A stretch of 64,000 nt of DNA from contig NZ_JAJQXW010000001.1 of assembly GCF_021246445.1 (NCBI RefSeq), forward strand, positions 1,940,168 to 2,004,167, in the 5' to 3' direction. The position numbers and the translations under genes were made by a program. The DNA is from Rhabdothermincola salaria. Lineage in GTDB: Bacteria > Actinomycetota > Acidimicrobiia > Acidimicrobiales > Acidimicrobilacustridaceae. The notes under the pieces were generated by a model that was given only the letters and a program-made list of their open reading frames with translations, searched no databases and had not been told where the DNA came from. This document shows, one piece after another, positions 9,767-19,712 of the stretch. The stretch's first letter is position 1; each line of letters starts with the position of its first letter.

Positions 9767-9969
9767 CCACCCCCGCCCCCGGCCGCGACACCCCGAACTC
9801 CGAGACCACCGACCCCGAGTCCACCACCTCCGGGGCCGGGACCGGCCGGACCGAGGCCCGAGGGTGCGAATCGTGCGGCGGACCCCACGCCTCGGTGATG
9901 GACACCCCCGACGGACCCTCCCGCCTGTGCCCGCCATGCGCCACCCTCCACGGGCTCGGCTGCCCATGA
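9763..9969 (+). CDS. Putative small zinc-ribbon protein (68 aa)
   Basis: GTG overlaps the upstream stop (GTGA). Contains CESC-x17-CPPC plus a terminal GCP. Confidence 0.5.
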   Translation: MTTPAPGRDTPNSETTDPESTTSGAGTGRTEARGCESCGGPHASVMDTPDGPSRLCPPCATLHGLGCP

Positions 9970-10173
9970 GGCCTCGCCCCACCTCCCGCCCGTGGCGGTC
10001 GTCCCCAGGTCCTGGGCCCGGGCGAGCGCACCCCCCGCCGCACGGGAGCACGGAGGACATCGCACCGGGGACCCGCCGGCAACGGTCCCGGTAGTGTCGC
10101 CGATGCGCGCCGGCTCGGGCAGCCGACCGGCGCACGCCACCAGCGGGCAGCGATCTCTCGAGCGAGGGCGACG

Positions 10174-10788
10174 ATGAGCGACCAGGACCGACCTCAGGAC
10201 CTCCCGTCGAACCCTCCGCCGTACCCACCCCAGAGCGACCCCTGGTACCCACCCGCGGCGCCGCAGTCGACGGCACCACCCTCCAGCGCAGGACCGGGCC
10301 AGGCCCCGCCCCGGTGGATGCCGCCGGCCGGCCCGGGCCAGCCGCCCCCGCCAGGACCCCCCGGAGGCCCGTACGCACCCGGACCCGACCCGTCCGGCGC
10401 CGGGCCCAACCCCTACGGCCCCGGGCCCAACCCCTACAGCCCCGGACCCAACCCGTACGGTGCCGGACCGAACCCGTACGCCCCCGCCCCGGGCGCCGGT
10501 TCGCGCACCAACAGCAACGCGCTGGTCGCCCTCATCGTCGGGGTGGTCGCCCTCGTCGCGTGCCAACCCCTCGGGCTGGTCGCCTTCTTCCTGGGCCGCA
10601 GCGCCCGCAAGGAGATCGCCGAGTCGCAGGGACACCAGGACGGCGACGGACTGGCCGTGGCCGGGCAGGTGATCGGTCTCGTGAGCTGCGCCATCTTCGT
10701 CCTGTCGATCCTGGCCGTCGTCGTCATCATCGTGATCAGCGTGATCACCGCCGCCGCCACCTCCGACCCGAGCACCACCTCGTTCTGA
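10174..10788 (+). CDS. Pro-rich N-terminus DUF4190-like membrane protein
   Basis: Pro/Tyr-rich N-terminus followed by 'TNSNALVALIVGVVAL..CQPLGLVAFFLGRSARKEIAES...GDGLAVAGQVIG'. Confidence 0.8.
   Translation: MSDQDRPQDLPSNPPPYPPQSDPWYPPAAPQSTAPPSSAGPGQAPPRWMPPAGPGQPPPPGPPGGPYAPGPDPSGAGPNPYGPGPNPYSPGPNPYGAGPNPYAPAPGAGSRTNSNALVALIVGVVALVACQPLGLVAFFLGRSARKEIAESQGHQDGDGLAVAGQVIGLVSCAIFVLSILAVVVIIVISVITAAATSDPSTTSF
10402..10485 (+). repeat. Intragenic tandem repeat, 4 x 21 bp (GPNPYxx)
   Basis: gggcccaacccctacggcccc / gggcccaacccctacagcccc / ggacccaacccgtacggtgcc / ggaccgaacccgtacgccccc. Confidence 0.9.
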
Positions 10789-10795
10789 CGTCGCC

Positions 10796-11194
10796 ATGGC
10801 CGAGACGATCCCCACCGACGACGGGGTGGACGCCGCGCTCGCCGCCGTGCGCCAGCGCTGTCTGGCCCTGCCCGAGGTCACCGAGAGGCTCTCGCACGGG
10901 GCGCCCACGTTCTTCGTGCGGGGCACGACCACCTTCGTGATGTTCCACGACGACCACCATGGCGACGGCCGCCTGGCGCTGTGGTGCGCGGCGCCGTCGG
11001 GGGTGCAGGCCGAGCTCGTGCGCACCGAGCCCGACCGCTTCTTCCGCCCGCCCTACGTGGGCCACCGCGGCTGGATCGGCGTGCGCCTCGACGTGGCCCC
11101 CGACTGGGACGAGATCGAGGGGATCGTCACCGAGGCGTACCGCTGCGTGGCCCCCAAGCGCCTCGCCGAGCGTCTCGACGACGACCGGCCCTGA
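10796..11194 (+). CDS. MmcQ/YjbR family protein
   Basis: 'CLALPEVTERLSHGAPTFFVRG', 'RFFRPPYVGHRGWIGVRLD' and 'EAYRCVAPKRL'. Confidence 0.85.
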   Translation: MAETIPTDDGVDAALAAVRQRCLALPEVTERLSHGAPTFFVRGTTTFVMFHDDHHGDGRLALWCAAPSGVQAELVRTEPDRFFRPPYVGHRGWIGVRLDVAPDWDEIEGIVTEAYRCVAPKRLAERLDDDRP

Positions 11195-11245
11195 CGACGG
11201 CGACCGGGCGCCGGCGGGCCCGTCGGGCGTGGCAGGCTCACGGCC

Positions 11246-12436
11246 ATGGAGCTCTTCTTCGACGATGCCGACATGGACGGTCAGCTGCAGCGCTCGGTGA
11301 GCGCGGCGTACTCGGGGTCGGCCGACGTCGGCGAGGTGCTGGCGGTGGCGGCACGCATCACCCCCGGCGACTACGACAGCTGGTGGCAGGAGTGGTCGGC
11401 GCTGGCCGAGACCAGCGACCGCGCCGCCGCCGCCGCCCGCCAGGCCGGCCACACCGTCTCGGCCACCAAGGCATTCCTGCGGGCCACCGAGTACTGGCGC
11501 CAGGCGTGGTTCTTCCTGCGCCACGACCTCGACGACGAGCGCCTGCAGTCCGGATGGCGGCGCCACCGGGCCTCCTTCCGGGCGGCCACCGAGCTGTGGC
11601 CCCACGCCACCACCTGGCTCCGGGTGCCCTTCGAGGGGGTCCACATGGAGGGCTACCTCGTGCGGCCGGCCGACGACGACGTGGCCCGCCCCACCGTGAT
11701 CGCGCCCTGTGGCTACGACTCGGCCGCCGAGGCGGGGTGGGCGGCCACCGGCTACATGGCGCTCAGCCGGGGCTGGAACTTCGCGGTCATGGAGGGCCCG
11801 GGTCAGGGCGGGATGCTCTACGAGCACCGCGTCCCCATCCGCCCCGACTTCGAGGTGCCCTTCGCCGCCATGCTCGACGACCTGGTGGGACGGCCGGGCG
11901 TCGACCCCGACCGACTGGCGCTCGTCGGGCGCAGCTTCGGCGGCTACCTGGCCCCGCGGGCGGCCGCCTTCGAACCCCGCATCGCCGCCCTCGTGTGCGA
12001 CCCCGGCCAGGTCGAGTTCACCTCCCGCATGGCCACCCAGATGGGCGACGAGCTCACCGCCAAGGTGCTGGCCGGCGATCCCGAGACCGACGCGTCGCTC
12101 CAAGACATGCTCGAAGGTCCCCGCAACACCGAGTACTGGGGGGCCCGCATGGCCACCCACGGCCAGGGCACCTTCGCCGGCATGCTGCGCGAGCTGCACC
12201 GCTTCGACATCACCGACATCGCCGGACGCATCACGTGCCCCACGCTCATCACCGAGGGCGAGGGCGACTTCGCCAGCCAGAGCACCCAGCTACGAGCGCT
12301 GCTCACCGGCGACGTCACCCTCGTGCACTTCGACATCGCATCCGGCGCAGGGGGGCACTGCGAAGGCTTGGGGGCCACGCTGTTCGAGCAGGCCACCTTC
12401 GACTGGCTCGAGGATCGCCTGGGCCACGCCCCCTGA
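11246..12436 (+). CDS. Alpha/beta hydrolase (FrsA/DHPON-hydrolase-like)
   Basis: GRSFGG nucleophile elbow, 'EGPGQG' and 'GAGGHCEG'. Confidence 0.85.
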   Translation: MELFFDDADMDGQLQRSVSAAYSGSADVGEVLAVAARITPGDYDSWWQEWSALAETSDRAAAAARQAGHTVSATKAFLRATEYWRQAWFFLRHDLDDERLQSGWRRHRASFRAATELWPHATTWLRVPFEGVHMEGYLVRPADDDVARPTVIAPCGYDSAAEAGWAATGYMALSRGWNFAVMEGPGQGGMLYEHRVPIRPDFEVPFAAMLDDLVGRPGVDPDRLALVGRSFGGYLAPRAAAFEPRIAALVCDPGQVEFTSRMATQMGDELTAKVLAGDPETDASLQDMLEGPRNTEYWGARMATHGQGTFAGMLRELHRFDITDIAGRITCPTLITEGEGDFASQSTQLRALLTGDVTLVHFDIASGAGGHCEGLGATLFEQATFDWLEDRLGHAP

Positions 12437-12616
12437 CCGCCACCTGCCTGCCTGACCCCGACCTGAACGTCATCTGACCGTGGCCGAGGCCTGCGCCCTG
12501 CGTGCGCCGGACCGACCAGCCACGTATCGTCTCCCGGGGCGGCGGGTCTCCCACCATCCGTGGTGGGTCGGGGAAGGGACAACTCGGGTGGCCACGGAAC
12601 CGGACGAGGACTGGCG

Positions 12617-14287
12617 GTGAACCCCGAGCCGTTCACGATCCGCCACGACCTGTCCCGCCCCTTGGCCGACTGGGACCTCGACGCGCTGGTCGCCCTGAGC
12701 GCCGGCGCCCAGGTGCAGGCCGAGGGCGAACCCGACGCCGTGGCCAGGGTCCTGCGGGCGGTCCAGGGCGACGCCGTCGTGGTCAACCACGTCAGCGACC
12801 TCGGACGGGGGTTGCACACGGTGCACCCCCTCGACCGCACGCACATCGTGGCCGCCTGGCGCCGGGCCCGCGACCACCCGGGGGAGGTCGTCGAGGTCCA
12901 CTGCCGCAGCGCTCGCGGCGACGGTTGGGGCGCGAGCCGCCAACGCTTCCTCAACCTCTACGGCCACCCCGAGCTGGCCGTTTTCTGCATCCTCACCGAC
13001 GAGTTGGCCACGGCCGATGTCGAGTTCACCACCCCCGACACCACCGTCGTGATGGGCGCCCCCGCCCGCTGGGTGCTCATGCACACCAGCCCCATCGGCG
13101 GCATCGAGTCGGTGGAGGGCACCATCGAAGAGCTCCTCGGCGTCCAGTCCGCGTCGCTCGTGGGCACCACCGCCATCGACCTCGTCGACCTCGACGACCA
13201 GAACGCGGCCCTCGGGATCTTCGCCGAGGCCATCCGCGAACCGGGACGGGCCATCTCCGCCCAGCACCGGCTCCGACGACCCGACGGCACCACACTGTGG
13301 GTCGAGAGCACGCTGCTGTTGACCCCGCCCCGGTCCCATCCCTCGGGACCGGCCGACGACTCCACCCTCGTCGTGCTCGTCGTCGACGCCACCGAGCGAC
13401 GGGCCCAGGAGGCCGCGCTGCAAGCCAGCCGCGAGGAGGCACGAGGGCTGGCCGAGGAGTTCCGGCTCCTCGCCGAGGAGGTGCCCTCGGGCGTGTTCCG
13501 CGCCGACATCGGCGGCAACGTGCAGTTCGCCAACTCCCACTTCGTCGACCTCGCCGGCGGCCGCCCGGTGGCCAACCTCGCCGACCTCGCCCACCCGGGC
13601 GACCGCGACCGGGTGGAGGCCGCCCGGGCCGCGGCCATCCGCCACCACGACGACGGCCGACCCGGCGACGACACCGTCACCGTCGAGTTCCGCTCGGCGT
13701 TGCCCGACGGCGGCAGCCGCTCGCTGCGGGTGCGAGCCCCCCGCAGCGGCTCCGGTGCTCCGTCCGGGCTCATCGGGGTGTTCACCGACTCCACCCCCAC
13801 CGCCCGGCTGCGCGAGGAAGCCCGCACCGACCCCCTCACGGGCCTGCGCAACCGCACGGCCCTCGACGACCACATCGAGACCGCCATCGGTGCCGGCCGC
13901 GAGGTGGCGGTGATGTTCATCGACCTCGACCGCTTCAAGGAGGTCAACGACGCCCACGGCCACCATGCGGGCGACGCCGTCCTGCAGGTCGTGGCCAAGC
14001 GCCTCCGCGGCTGCACTCGACCCACGGAGATGGTCACCCGCTACGGGGGCGACGAGTTCGTGATCGTGAGCACCGACCCCGCACCCGACATCCTCGAGAA
14101 CCTCACCGGGCGCGTGCACGGGGTGCTCGACCACCCCATCCGGGTCGACGGCCTGCTGTGGCAGCCGTCGGCCAGCCTCGGCCTGGCGTTGTCGGAGCCG
14201 GGCGACGGCCCCGCCGACGTGCTGCACCGCGCCGACCACGAGATGTACCAGGCCAAGCAGCGCCGCCGCCGGCCGGCGTCGTCGTAG
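12617..14287 (+). CDS. PAS-domain diguanylate cyclase
   Basis: PAS/PAC repeats, 'TDPLTGLRNR', 'DLDRFKEVND' and 'RYGGDEF'. GTG start after a GAGGA RBS. Confidence 0.9.
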   Translation: MNPEPFTIRHDLSRPLADWDLDALVALSAGAQVQAEGEPDAVARVLRAVQGDAVVVNHVSDLGRGLHTVHPLDRTHIVAAWRRARDHPGEVVEVHCRSARGDGWGASRQRFLNLYGHPELAVFCILTDELATADVEFTTPDTTVVMGAPARWVLMHTSPIGGIESVEGTIEELLGVQSASLVGTTAIDLVDLDDQNAALGIFAEAIREPGRAISAQHRLRRPDGTTLWVESTLLLTPPRSHPSGPADDSTLVVLVVDATERRAQEAALQASREEARGLAEEFRLLAEEVPSGVFRADIGGNVQFANSHFVDLAGGRPVANLADLAHPGDRDRVEAARAAAIRHHDDGRPGDDTVTVEFRSALPDGGSRSLRVRAPRSGSGAPSGLIGVFTDSTPTARLREEARTDPLTGLRNRTALDDHIETAIGAGREVAVMFIDLDRFKEVNDAHGHHAGDAVLQVVAKRLRGCTRPTEMVTRYGGDEFVIVSTDPAPDILENLTGRVHGVLDHPIRVDGLLWQPSASLGLALSEPGDGPADVLHRADHEMYQAKQRRRRPASS

Positions 14288-14304
14288 GAAGGGCGAGAGC
14301 CGAC

Positions 14305-14324
14305 CGGGCCCCGAGAGGGGCCCG
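14305..14324. terminator. Hairpin between convergent genes
   Basis: CGGGCCCC-GAGA-GGGGCCCG. Confidence 0.55.
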
Positions 14325-14329
14325 AGGGG

Positions 14330-17300
14330 TCACCGGGCTTCGGCCTCGATCCAGTCGAGGAGGGTGGCGCCGTCCACCGGGCGGCTCCACAGGTAGCCCT
14401 GCCCCCAGTCGCAGCCCAGCTCGACCAGCTCGGCGGCCTGCGCCTCGCTCTCGACCCCCTCGGCGATGGTGAACAGGTCGACGGCGTGGGCCAGAGCGAT
14501 GATGCCCTCGACGATCGCCCGGTCGCGGAGGCTGTCGGTGAGCCCGCTCACGAAGGTGAGGTCGATCTTGAGGCAGTCGACCGGCAGGCGGCGCAGGTAG
14601 GTCAACGACGAGTACCCGGTGCCGAAGTCGTCGATGGCGATCTGCAGGCCGAGGTCGCGCAGGGCCCCGAGCCGGGCGATGGAGGTGACCGGATCGCCCA
14701 TGACCGCCGTCTCGGTGATCTCGAGCATGAGCCGGGTCGGGTCGATCCCGGTCTCGGCCACCACGGCCTTCACCCGGTCCACCAGGTCGGGCTGGGCCAG
14801 CTGACGGGCCGACAGGTTGACCGAGACCATCGACGGGGCCGACCTCCCCGACTCCTGCCACGCGCAGAACTCCCGACAGGCCTGGGCCAGCGCCCACTCC
14901 CCGATGGGGTTGATGAGCCCGGTGCTCTCGGCCACGTCGATGAAGCGCGCCGGGGCCAGCAGGCCGTGCTCGGGGTGCTCCCAGCGCAGGAGGGCCTCCA
15001 CCCACACCCCTTCGGTGCCGTCGGCGCGGGCGAGGGCGACCTCGGGCTGCCAGACGAGGCGGAACTCGTCGCGTGGCAACGCGCGGCGGAGGTCGTTGGT
15101 GAGATCGAAGCGCTCGATCGCCCGGTCGCGCATCTGCGTGTCGAAGATCTCGTGGCGGGATCGCCCTTGCTCCTTGGCCCGGTACATGGCCCCGTCGGCC
15201 TCGCGCAACAAGACGTCGGCCGACGCCTCCTCCCCCGTGCGTGCGGTGATGCCGATCGATGCGGTCACGTAGGTCTCCACCCCGTCGATCGCGATCGGGG
15301 TCGCCATCGCCTCGGCGACGCGCTCGGCCACCATCGCGGCCTCGGTGACGTCGTGGACGCCCTCGCAGAGCACGGCGAACTCGTCGCCGCCGAGGCGGGC
15401 CACGGTGTCGCCGGCTCGCACCGCGTCGACGAGGCGTTCGGCCACCACCACCAGGAGCTGGTCGCCCACGTGGTGGCCGAGGGCGTCGTTCACCAGCTTG
15501 AACCCGTCCAGATCGATGACCAGCACGGCCAGCGTGGCCCCGTCGCGCTGGGCAGCCGCCGCCGCATGCTCGATGCGGTCGACGAGCAGGGTGCGGTTGG
15601 GGAGTCCCGTGAGGCCGTCGTGCAGGGCCAGGCGCCGCAGCTCGCCCTCGGTCTCGGCCTGGTCGAGTCTGGCCGAGACGATGTTGCCCAGCGCCACCAC
15701 GAAGTTGGCCTCGTCTTCCCCGAACGAGCGGTCACCCAGGGCGAAGCCGGCGAGCACGCCGTGGTCGGCGCCCCGGCGACGCACCGGCACCGCGACCACC
15801 GCCTCCACCGGGAGGACGAGCTGCTCCATCCATGTGCGATAGCGGGGGTCGCGGGCCAGACCGGTGAGGATCGGCTCGCGTTCGATCCGAGGCAGGAACG
15901 CCTCCAGCAGCCCGGCCTGGGCCTCGGTCAGGGGTTCGCCCTTGCGGGCGGTGAGGGCGCCGAACTGCGCTCGGACCACCGCGCCGTGGGCGGTGGCCTC
16001 CCCCGTCTGGCGGTGGGCCAGCTCGACGAACATGGCGATGTCGACCCCCGCGGTGCGGGCCAGGCTCTCGGTGACCACGTCGATCACGGCGTCGACGTCG
16101 CCCTCGGCCAGGGCCAGCTGGCCGACCCGGGCGATCTCGGCCTGCATGGTCGCCTGCCGCTCCAGGTCGCGCCGGGCGGCCACCTTCTCGGTGATGTCCG
16201 AGGACACCCCGATGAAGCCCGCGACCCGTCCATGGTCGTCGACGATCGGCGTGTTGTGGATCGAGAGCGGCACCTGCGCGCCGTGCCTGGTCTCCACCAC
16301 GATCTCGTCGGTCCACGGTCGGCGCTCCCTCATCGCCGCAGTGGCGGCGTCGATGTGCTGGGCACCCTCGACCACCGGCGCCACGTCGCCCGCCAGGCGT
16401 CCGATCGCCTCGCGCGCGCTCCAGCCGAAGAGCCGCTCCGCGGCGCTGTTCCAGTAGGTGACCCGAGCCTCCCGGTCGGTGGCGATCACCACCTCGCCCA
16501 CCGACGACAACAGCTCCGCCTGGAAGCGCATCGCATCGCGCGCGGCTCGGCTCTCGGTGATGTCGTGCATGTTGCTGAGGACGCCGTCGGGCCCGAGGTG
16601 GTCGGTGCGGTTGGTGAGGTACACCTCCATCCATCGCCACCCGCCGTCACGGTGCCGAAGCCGCATCTCCGCCGACGACGTGGCCCCCGGTTCCCCCTGC
16701 ACCGCCGTCCACGCCTCGAGGGTGAGGTCGAGGTCGTCCGGGTGCACGTCGTCGGCGAGGTCCTCTCCCAGATAGTGCTCCGGAGGGAACCCGGTGATGG
16801 ACTCGACGCTGTCGGTGATCCACAGCGCCCGTCCCTCGCGGTCGAGCACGCTCACCACGTCGCGGCCGAGGGAGAGCACGGCCTGCAGCTGGGCTTCGCT
16901 CTGCACCGCCCGTTGCCGAGCCTCGGCCTGTGCCTCACGATCGGCGAGGGCCTGCAGGGCGAAGGCGACGTCGGCCGCCAGTTGCTCGAACAGCTCGACC
17001 AGCCCGTCGTCGAACATGCCCACCCGCGACCCGTAGAGGGCCAGCGAGCCCACGATCGTGTCGTGCACGCTGATCGGCAGGCAGCACGACGACGCCAGGC
17101 CTCCTGCCACGACCCCGCGGCGATGCACGTCGTAGGGCGTGGCCGCGGCGATGTCGTGCACGACGCACGGCCGGCCCTCGGCGATGGCACGAGCCGACGG
17201 CAGTGGGCTGTCGAGCGAGATCGTCGTCTCGGCCACCCGTTCCGCCCCCAGGCCCGCCGCCGCCAGCGGGACGAGCGACCCTTCCTCACGACGCTCGCCC

Positions 17301-17491
17301 ACCCAGGCGAGCACGATCTCGGGGTCCTGCACCGCGACATCGCACACGCCCTGCAGGATCTCCTGTCGGGTCGCGGCCCGCAGCACGGCGCCGTTGGCGG
17401 CCGCCAGCATCGAGTAGAACCGCCCTCGGCGGTGGCCCGCGCTCACGGAGCGTGCGCTGCCGTGAGCGGCGGGTTCTCCGTCGGCCGTCAC
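14330..17491 (-). CDS. GAF-PAS-PAS-GAF-GGDEF-EAL c-di-GMP cyclase/phosphodiesterase
   Basis: RLGGDEF with an RxxD I-site. VEALLRW, LEITE, DDFGTGYSS, LKID, AEGVE and QGY are all intact. Start approximate. Confidence 0.92.
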   Translation of the reverse strand: MTADGEPAAHGSARSVSAGHRRGRFYSMLAAANGAVLRAATRQEILQGVCDVAVQDPEIVLAWVGERREEGSLVPLAAAGLGAERVAETTISLDSPLPSARAIAEGRPCVVHDIAAATPYDVHRRGVVAGGLASSCCLPISVHDTIVGSLALYGSRVGMFDDGLVELFEQLAADVAFALQALADREAQAEARQRAVQSEAQLQAVLSLGRDVVSVLDREGRALWITDSVESITGFPPEHYLGEDLADDVHPDDLDLTLEAWTAVQGEPGATSSAEMRLRHRDGGWRWMEVYLTNRTDHLGPDGVLSNMHDITESRAARDAMRFQAELLSSVGEVVIATDREARVTYWNSAAERLFGWSAREAIGRLAGDVAPVVEGAQHIDAATAAMRERRPWTDEIVVETRHGAQVPLSIHNTPIVDDHGRVAGFIGVSSDITEKVAARRDLERQATMQAEIARVGQLALAEGDVDAVIDVVTESLARTAGVDIAMFVELAHRQTGEATAHGAVVRAQFGALTARKGEPLTEAQAGLLEAFLPRIEREPILTGLARDPRYRTWMEQLVLPVEAVVAVPVRRRGADHGVLAGFALGDRSFGEDEANFVVALGNIVSARLDQAETEGELRRLALHDGLTGLPNRTLLVDRIEHAAAAAQRDGATLAVLVIDLDGFKLVNDALGHHVGDQLLVVVAERLVDAVRAGDTVARLGGDEFAVLCEGVHDVTEAAMVAERVAEAMATPIAIDGVETYVTASIGITARTGEEASADVLLREADGAMYRAKEQGRSRHEIFDTQMRDRAIERFDLTNDLRRALPRDEFRLVWQPEVALARADGTEGVWVEALLRWEHPEHGLLAPARFIDVAESTGLINPIGEWALAQACREFCAWQESGRSAPSMVSVNLSARQLAQPDLVDRVKAVVAETGIDPTRLMLEITETAVMGDPVTSIARLGALRDLGLQIAIDDFGTGYSSLTYLRRLPVDCLKIDLTFVSGLTDSLRDRAIVEGIIALAHAVDLFTIAEGVESEAQAAELVELGCDWGQGYLWSRPVDGATLLDWIEAEAR

Positions 17492-17763
17492 GTCTCGCTC
17501 CCCCCGTCCGAGCGCTTCCGCCCCCCCACACACTCGCCTCGGCCGAGTCTAGGGCTCGCCGTCGGCCCGCGACTCGGAGTCGGCCCGGCTCCCGACGCCG
17601 GCTCCGACGGACCGTCCCCTCGGGTCCGTCGCCCCGACCGTCATCGCCGACCGGCGCTCCACGGCTCGACGACCCGACGCTTCGTCGCCGGAAACGCCGA
17701 GATCCCGGCGCGAGTCCAGCGCGCCGGGATCGTCGTGGGGACGGTGACGTCCTGCGGGGATCG

Positions 17764-17910
17764 CTAGGCCCTCGAGCGACCGGACGTGACGGCGGCGACG
17801 ATGAGGCCGACCACGCCGACGGCGGCGACGATCCAACCGATGGTCGAACTGGCGAAGAGGGCGATGAGCACCCCGACGACGATGACGACGAGCGCAGCTC
17901 CGATGGTCAT
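17764..17910 (-). CDS. Small 2-TM membrane protein (48 aa)
   Basis: Below the ORF-track cutoff: MTIGAALVVIVVGVLIALFASSTIGWIVAAVGVVGLIVAAVTSGRSRA. Has an AAGGAG RBS and an ATGA overlap with the upstream stop. Confidence 0.7.
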   Translation of the reverse strand: MTIGAALVVIVVGVLIALFASSTIGWIVAAVGVVGLIVAAVTSGRSRA

Positions 17911-19712
17911 GATGATTCTCCTTGTGGGTCCGTTGGTCGGGGCGGGCCTCCCGACCCCGGTCCCACCTCCTCTACCCCTGCGCTCGCCGGAACAGTCCCG
18001 TCGGTGACGGCCTCTCGGATCGCGAACCGCTCCGCCAGGCGGTCCCGTAGCTCGGGTCGATAGGTGACGAAGCGTCCGCGGCCCGACTCCTTGGCGTCGT
18101 AGAGCGCCAGGTCGGCGTCGCTCAGCAGGGCGTCAGCGTCGGGGCGAACCCCCTCGGCGATGCCGATGCTGAGGCCGACCACCACCGAGCGAGGAGGATC
18201 GGTGTCGAGCACGAAGGGCTCGCGGACCGCCTCGAGCAACCTCTCGGCCACCAGCTCCACCGACGCTCCACCCGGAGCGCTCTCGGTGAGCACCACGAAC
18301 TCGTCGCCACCGAATCGGCCGAGCGTGTCGGATTGGCGCAGGGCGCCCCGGAACCTCTCGGTGACGGCCTTCAGCAACTCGTCGCCGACGGCGTGGCCGT
18401 AGGTGTCGTTCACCGCCTTGAAGCCGTCGAGGTCCGCGAAGAGCGCGGCGGGCACCATCCCCGAGCGCGGCGCCCGTTCGAGCAGGTGCGCCGCCCGATC
18501 CAGCACCAGCGTCCGGTTGGGCAGATCGGTGAGCGGGTCGTGCAGGGCCAGGTGGGCCAGCTCGGCGGTGCGCTCGTCGACGAGGTCCCACGCCCTCCGC
18601 TTCGACGAGGCCAGCACCCGCACGATGATGAAGGCCAGGAGGAAGTTCACCAGCACACCCACCGCGGCGAGGAGGGCGAAGCCGTTGACCTGGGAGGGCG
18701 TCGGCGACGGCTCGATGGCGAGGGCCAGCTCCCACCGACCGGTCTCGCCGAAGGTGGCGAGCCGTTCGGCCGGGCCTTCCGGGGCACCGCCGGGGCTCGT
18801 GGCCTCGGCCACCACGAAGGAGGTGCCGTCGGGCTCGACCCGGGTGAGCACCGCGCCGACACCCGCGTAGTCGTCGAGCACGTCGGTGAGGATGCTCTCG
18901 ACGTCGACGGCGGCGATGAGCCAGCCGCGGATGGGGGCGCCCTCGGTCCCCAGTGGCACCGCGGCGTCCACGAAGACCGGCTGCACGACGGTGAGGAACG
19001 AGTCGTCGCCGGCGTCGAACGGCACCGTCACGGTCCCCCCGGTGGCCTCGGCCGCGGCGAACGCCGAGCGCACGTCGAGCTCGGCCCCCGTGGCGAAGCG
19101 CAGCGGTCCGCCGCAGAGGTCGAGGACCTCGGGCGCGAAGGCGAACGCCGCCGACTGCTGCACGCCGGCCCGGCCGAGGCAGTACACGGGGCGGTCGCCG
19201 GGGGGCTGGATGCCGATCTCGGCGGCGACGTCACCATCCGGATCGACCTCCCGCTCGGAGGTCTCGGCCACGAAGGTCGCCAGCTCGTCGGCCGGCACCC
19301 GCTCCACGTAGCCCAGCCCGTCGATGTCGGGGAAGCGCTCGGCCACCGCCTGCCCGTCGAACCAGACCTGCAGCTCGCCGGGAGCGATCTGACCAGCGGC
19401 CAACGACACGAAGGCCCGGGCGGCGAGGATGAGGTCGAGGTTCCGCCGCAGCCGGCTCTCGACGGCCTCGGTGACCGTCACCTCGGTGTTGTCCACGCTG
19501 CGCTCGGCGTCGGCTCCCAGCTGCTGGGCGGTGAGCAGACCCGCCAGCAGGGCCACGACCACCCCCACGGCGAGGATGGCCCACGCCCACCGCTCGGCCC
19601 GACTCGTCGTCCTCGTCGAGGACGACGACAGCGGCGGGTCGGACGCTTCCGAAGGGGACGGTCCCGATGCGGCACTCGGCCCAGCCGGGCCCGTGGGCCC
19701 TTCGGTGGCCAT
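17907..19712 (-). CDS. Membrane CHASE-domain diguanylate cyclase
   Basis: Two TM helices flank a CHASE-like region ('FPDIDGLGYVERVP'). 'HDPLTDLPNR', 'RQSD..RFGGDEF'. GGAGG RBS before ATG 19712. Confidence 0.88.
   Translation of the reverse strand: MATEGPTGPAGPSAASGPSPSEASDPPLSSSSTRTTSRAERWAWAILAVGVVVALLAGLLTAQQLGADAERSVDNTEVTVTEAVESRLRRNLDLILAARAFVSLAAGQIAPGELQVWFDGQAVAERFPDIDGLGYVERVPADELATFVAETSEREVDPDGDVAAEIGIQPPGDRPVYCLGRAGVQQSAAFAFAPEVLDLCGGPLRFATGAELDVRSAFAAAEATGGTVTVPFDAGDDSFLTVVQPVFVDAAVPLGTEGAPIRGWLIAAVDVESILTDVLDDYAGVGAVLTRVEPDGTSFVVAEATSPGGAPEGPAERLATFGETGRWELALAIEPSPTPSQVNGFALLAAVGVLVNFLLAFIIVRVLASSKRRAWDLVDERTAELAHLALHDPLTDLPNRTLVLDRAAHLLERAPRSGMVPAALFADLDGFKAVNDTYGHAVGDELLKAVTERFRGALRQSDTLGRFGGDEFVVLTESAPGGASVELVAERLLEAVREPFVLDTDPPRSVVVGLSIGIAEGVRPDADALLSDADLALYDAKESGRGRFVTYRPELRDRLAERFAIREAVTDGTVPASAGVEEVGPGSGGPPRPTDPQGESS

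Noticed and set aside
10402..10485. Short tandem repeats as a CRISPR array (also 63835-63936)
   Set aside because: They are in-frame coding repeats with no unique spacers and no cas genes.
12437..12616. Possible c-di-GMP or c-di-AMP riboswitch upstream of GGDEF or secreted-protein genes
   Set aside because: Only generic GC hairpins are present, with no recognisable GEMM or ydaO consensus. An Infernal/Rfam scan would settle it.
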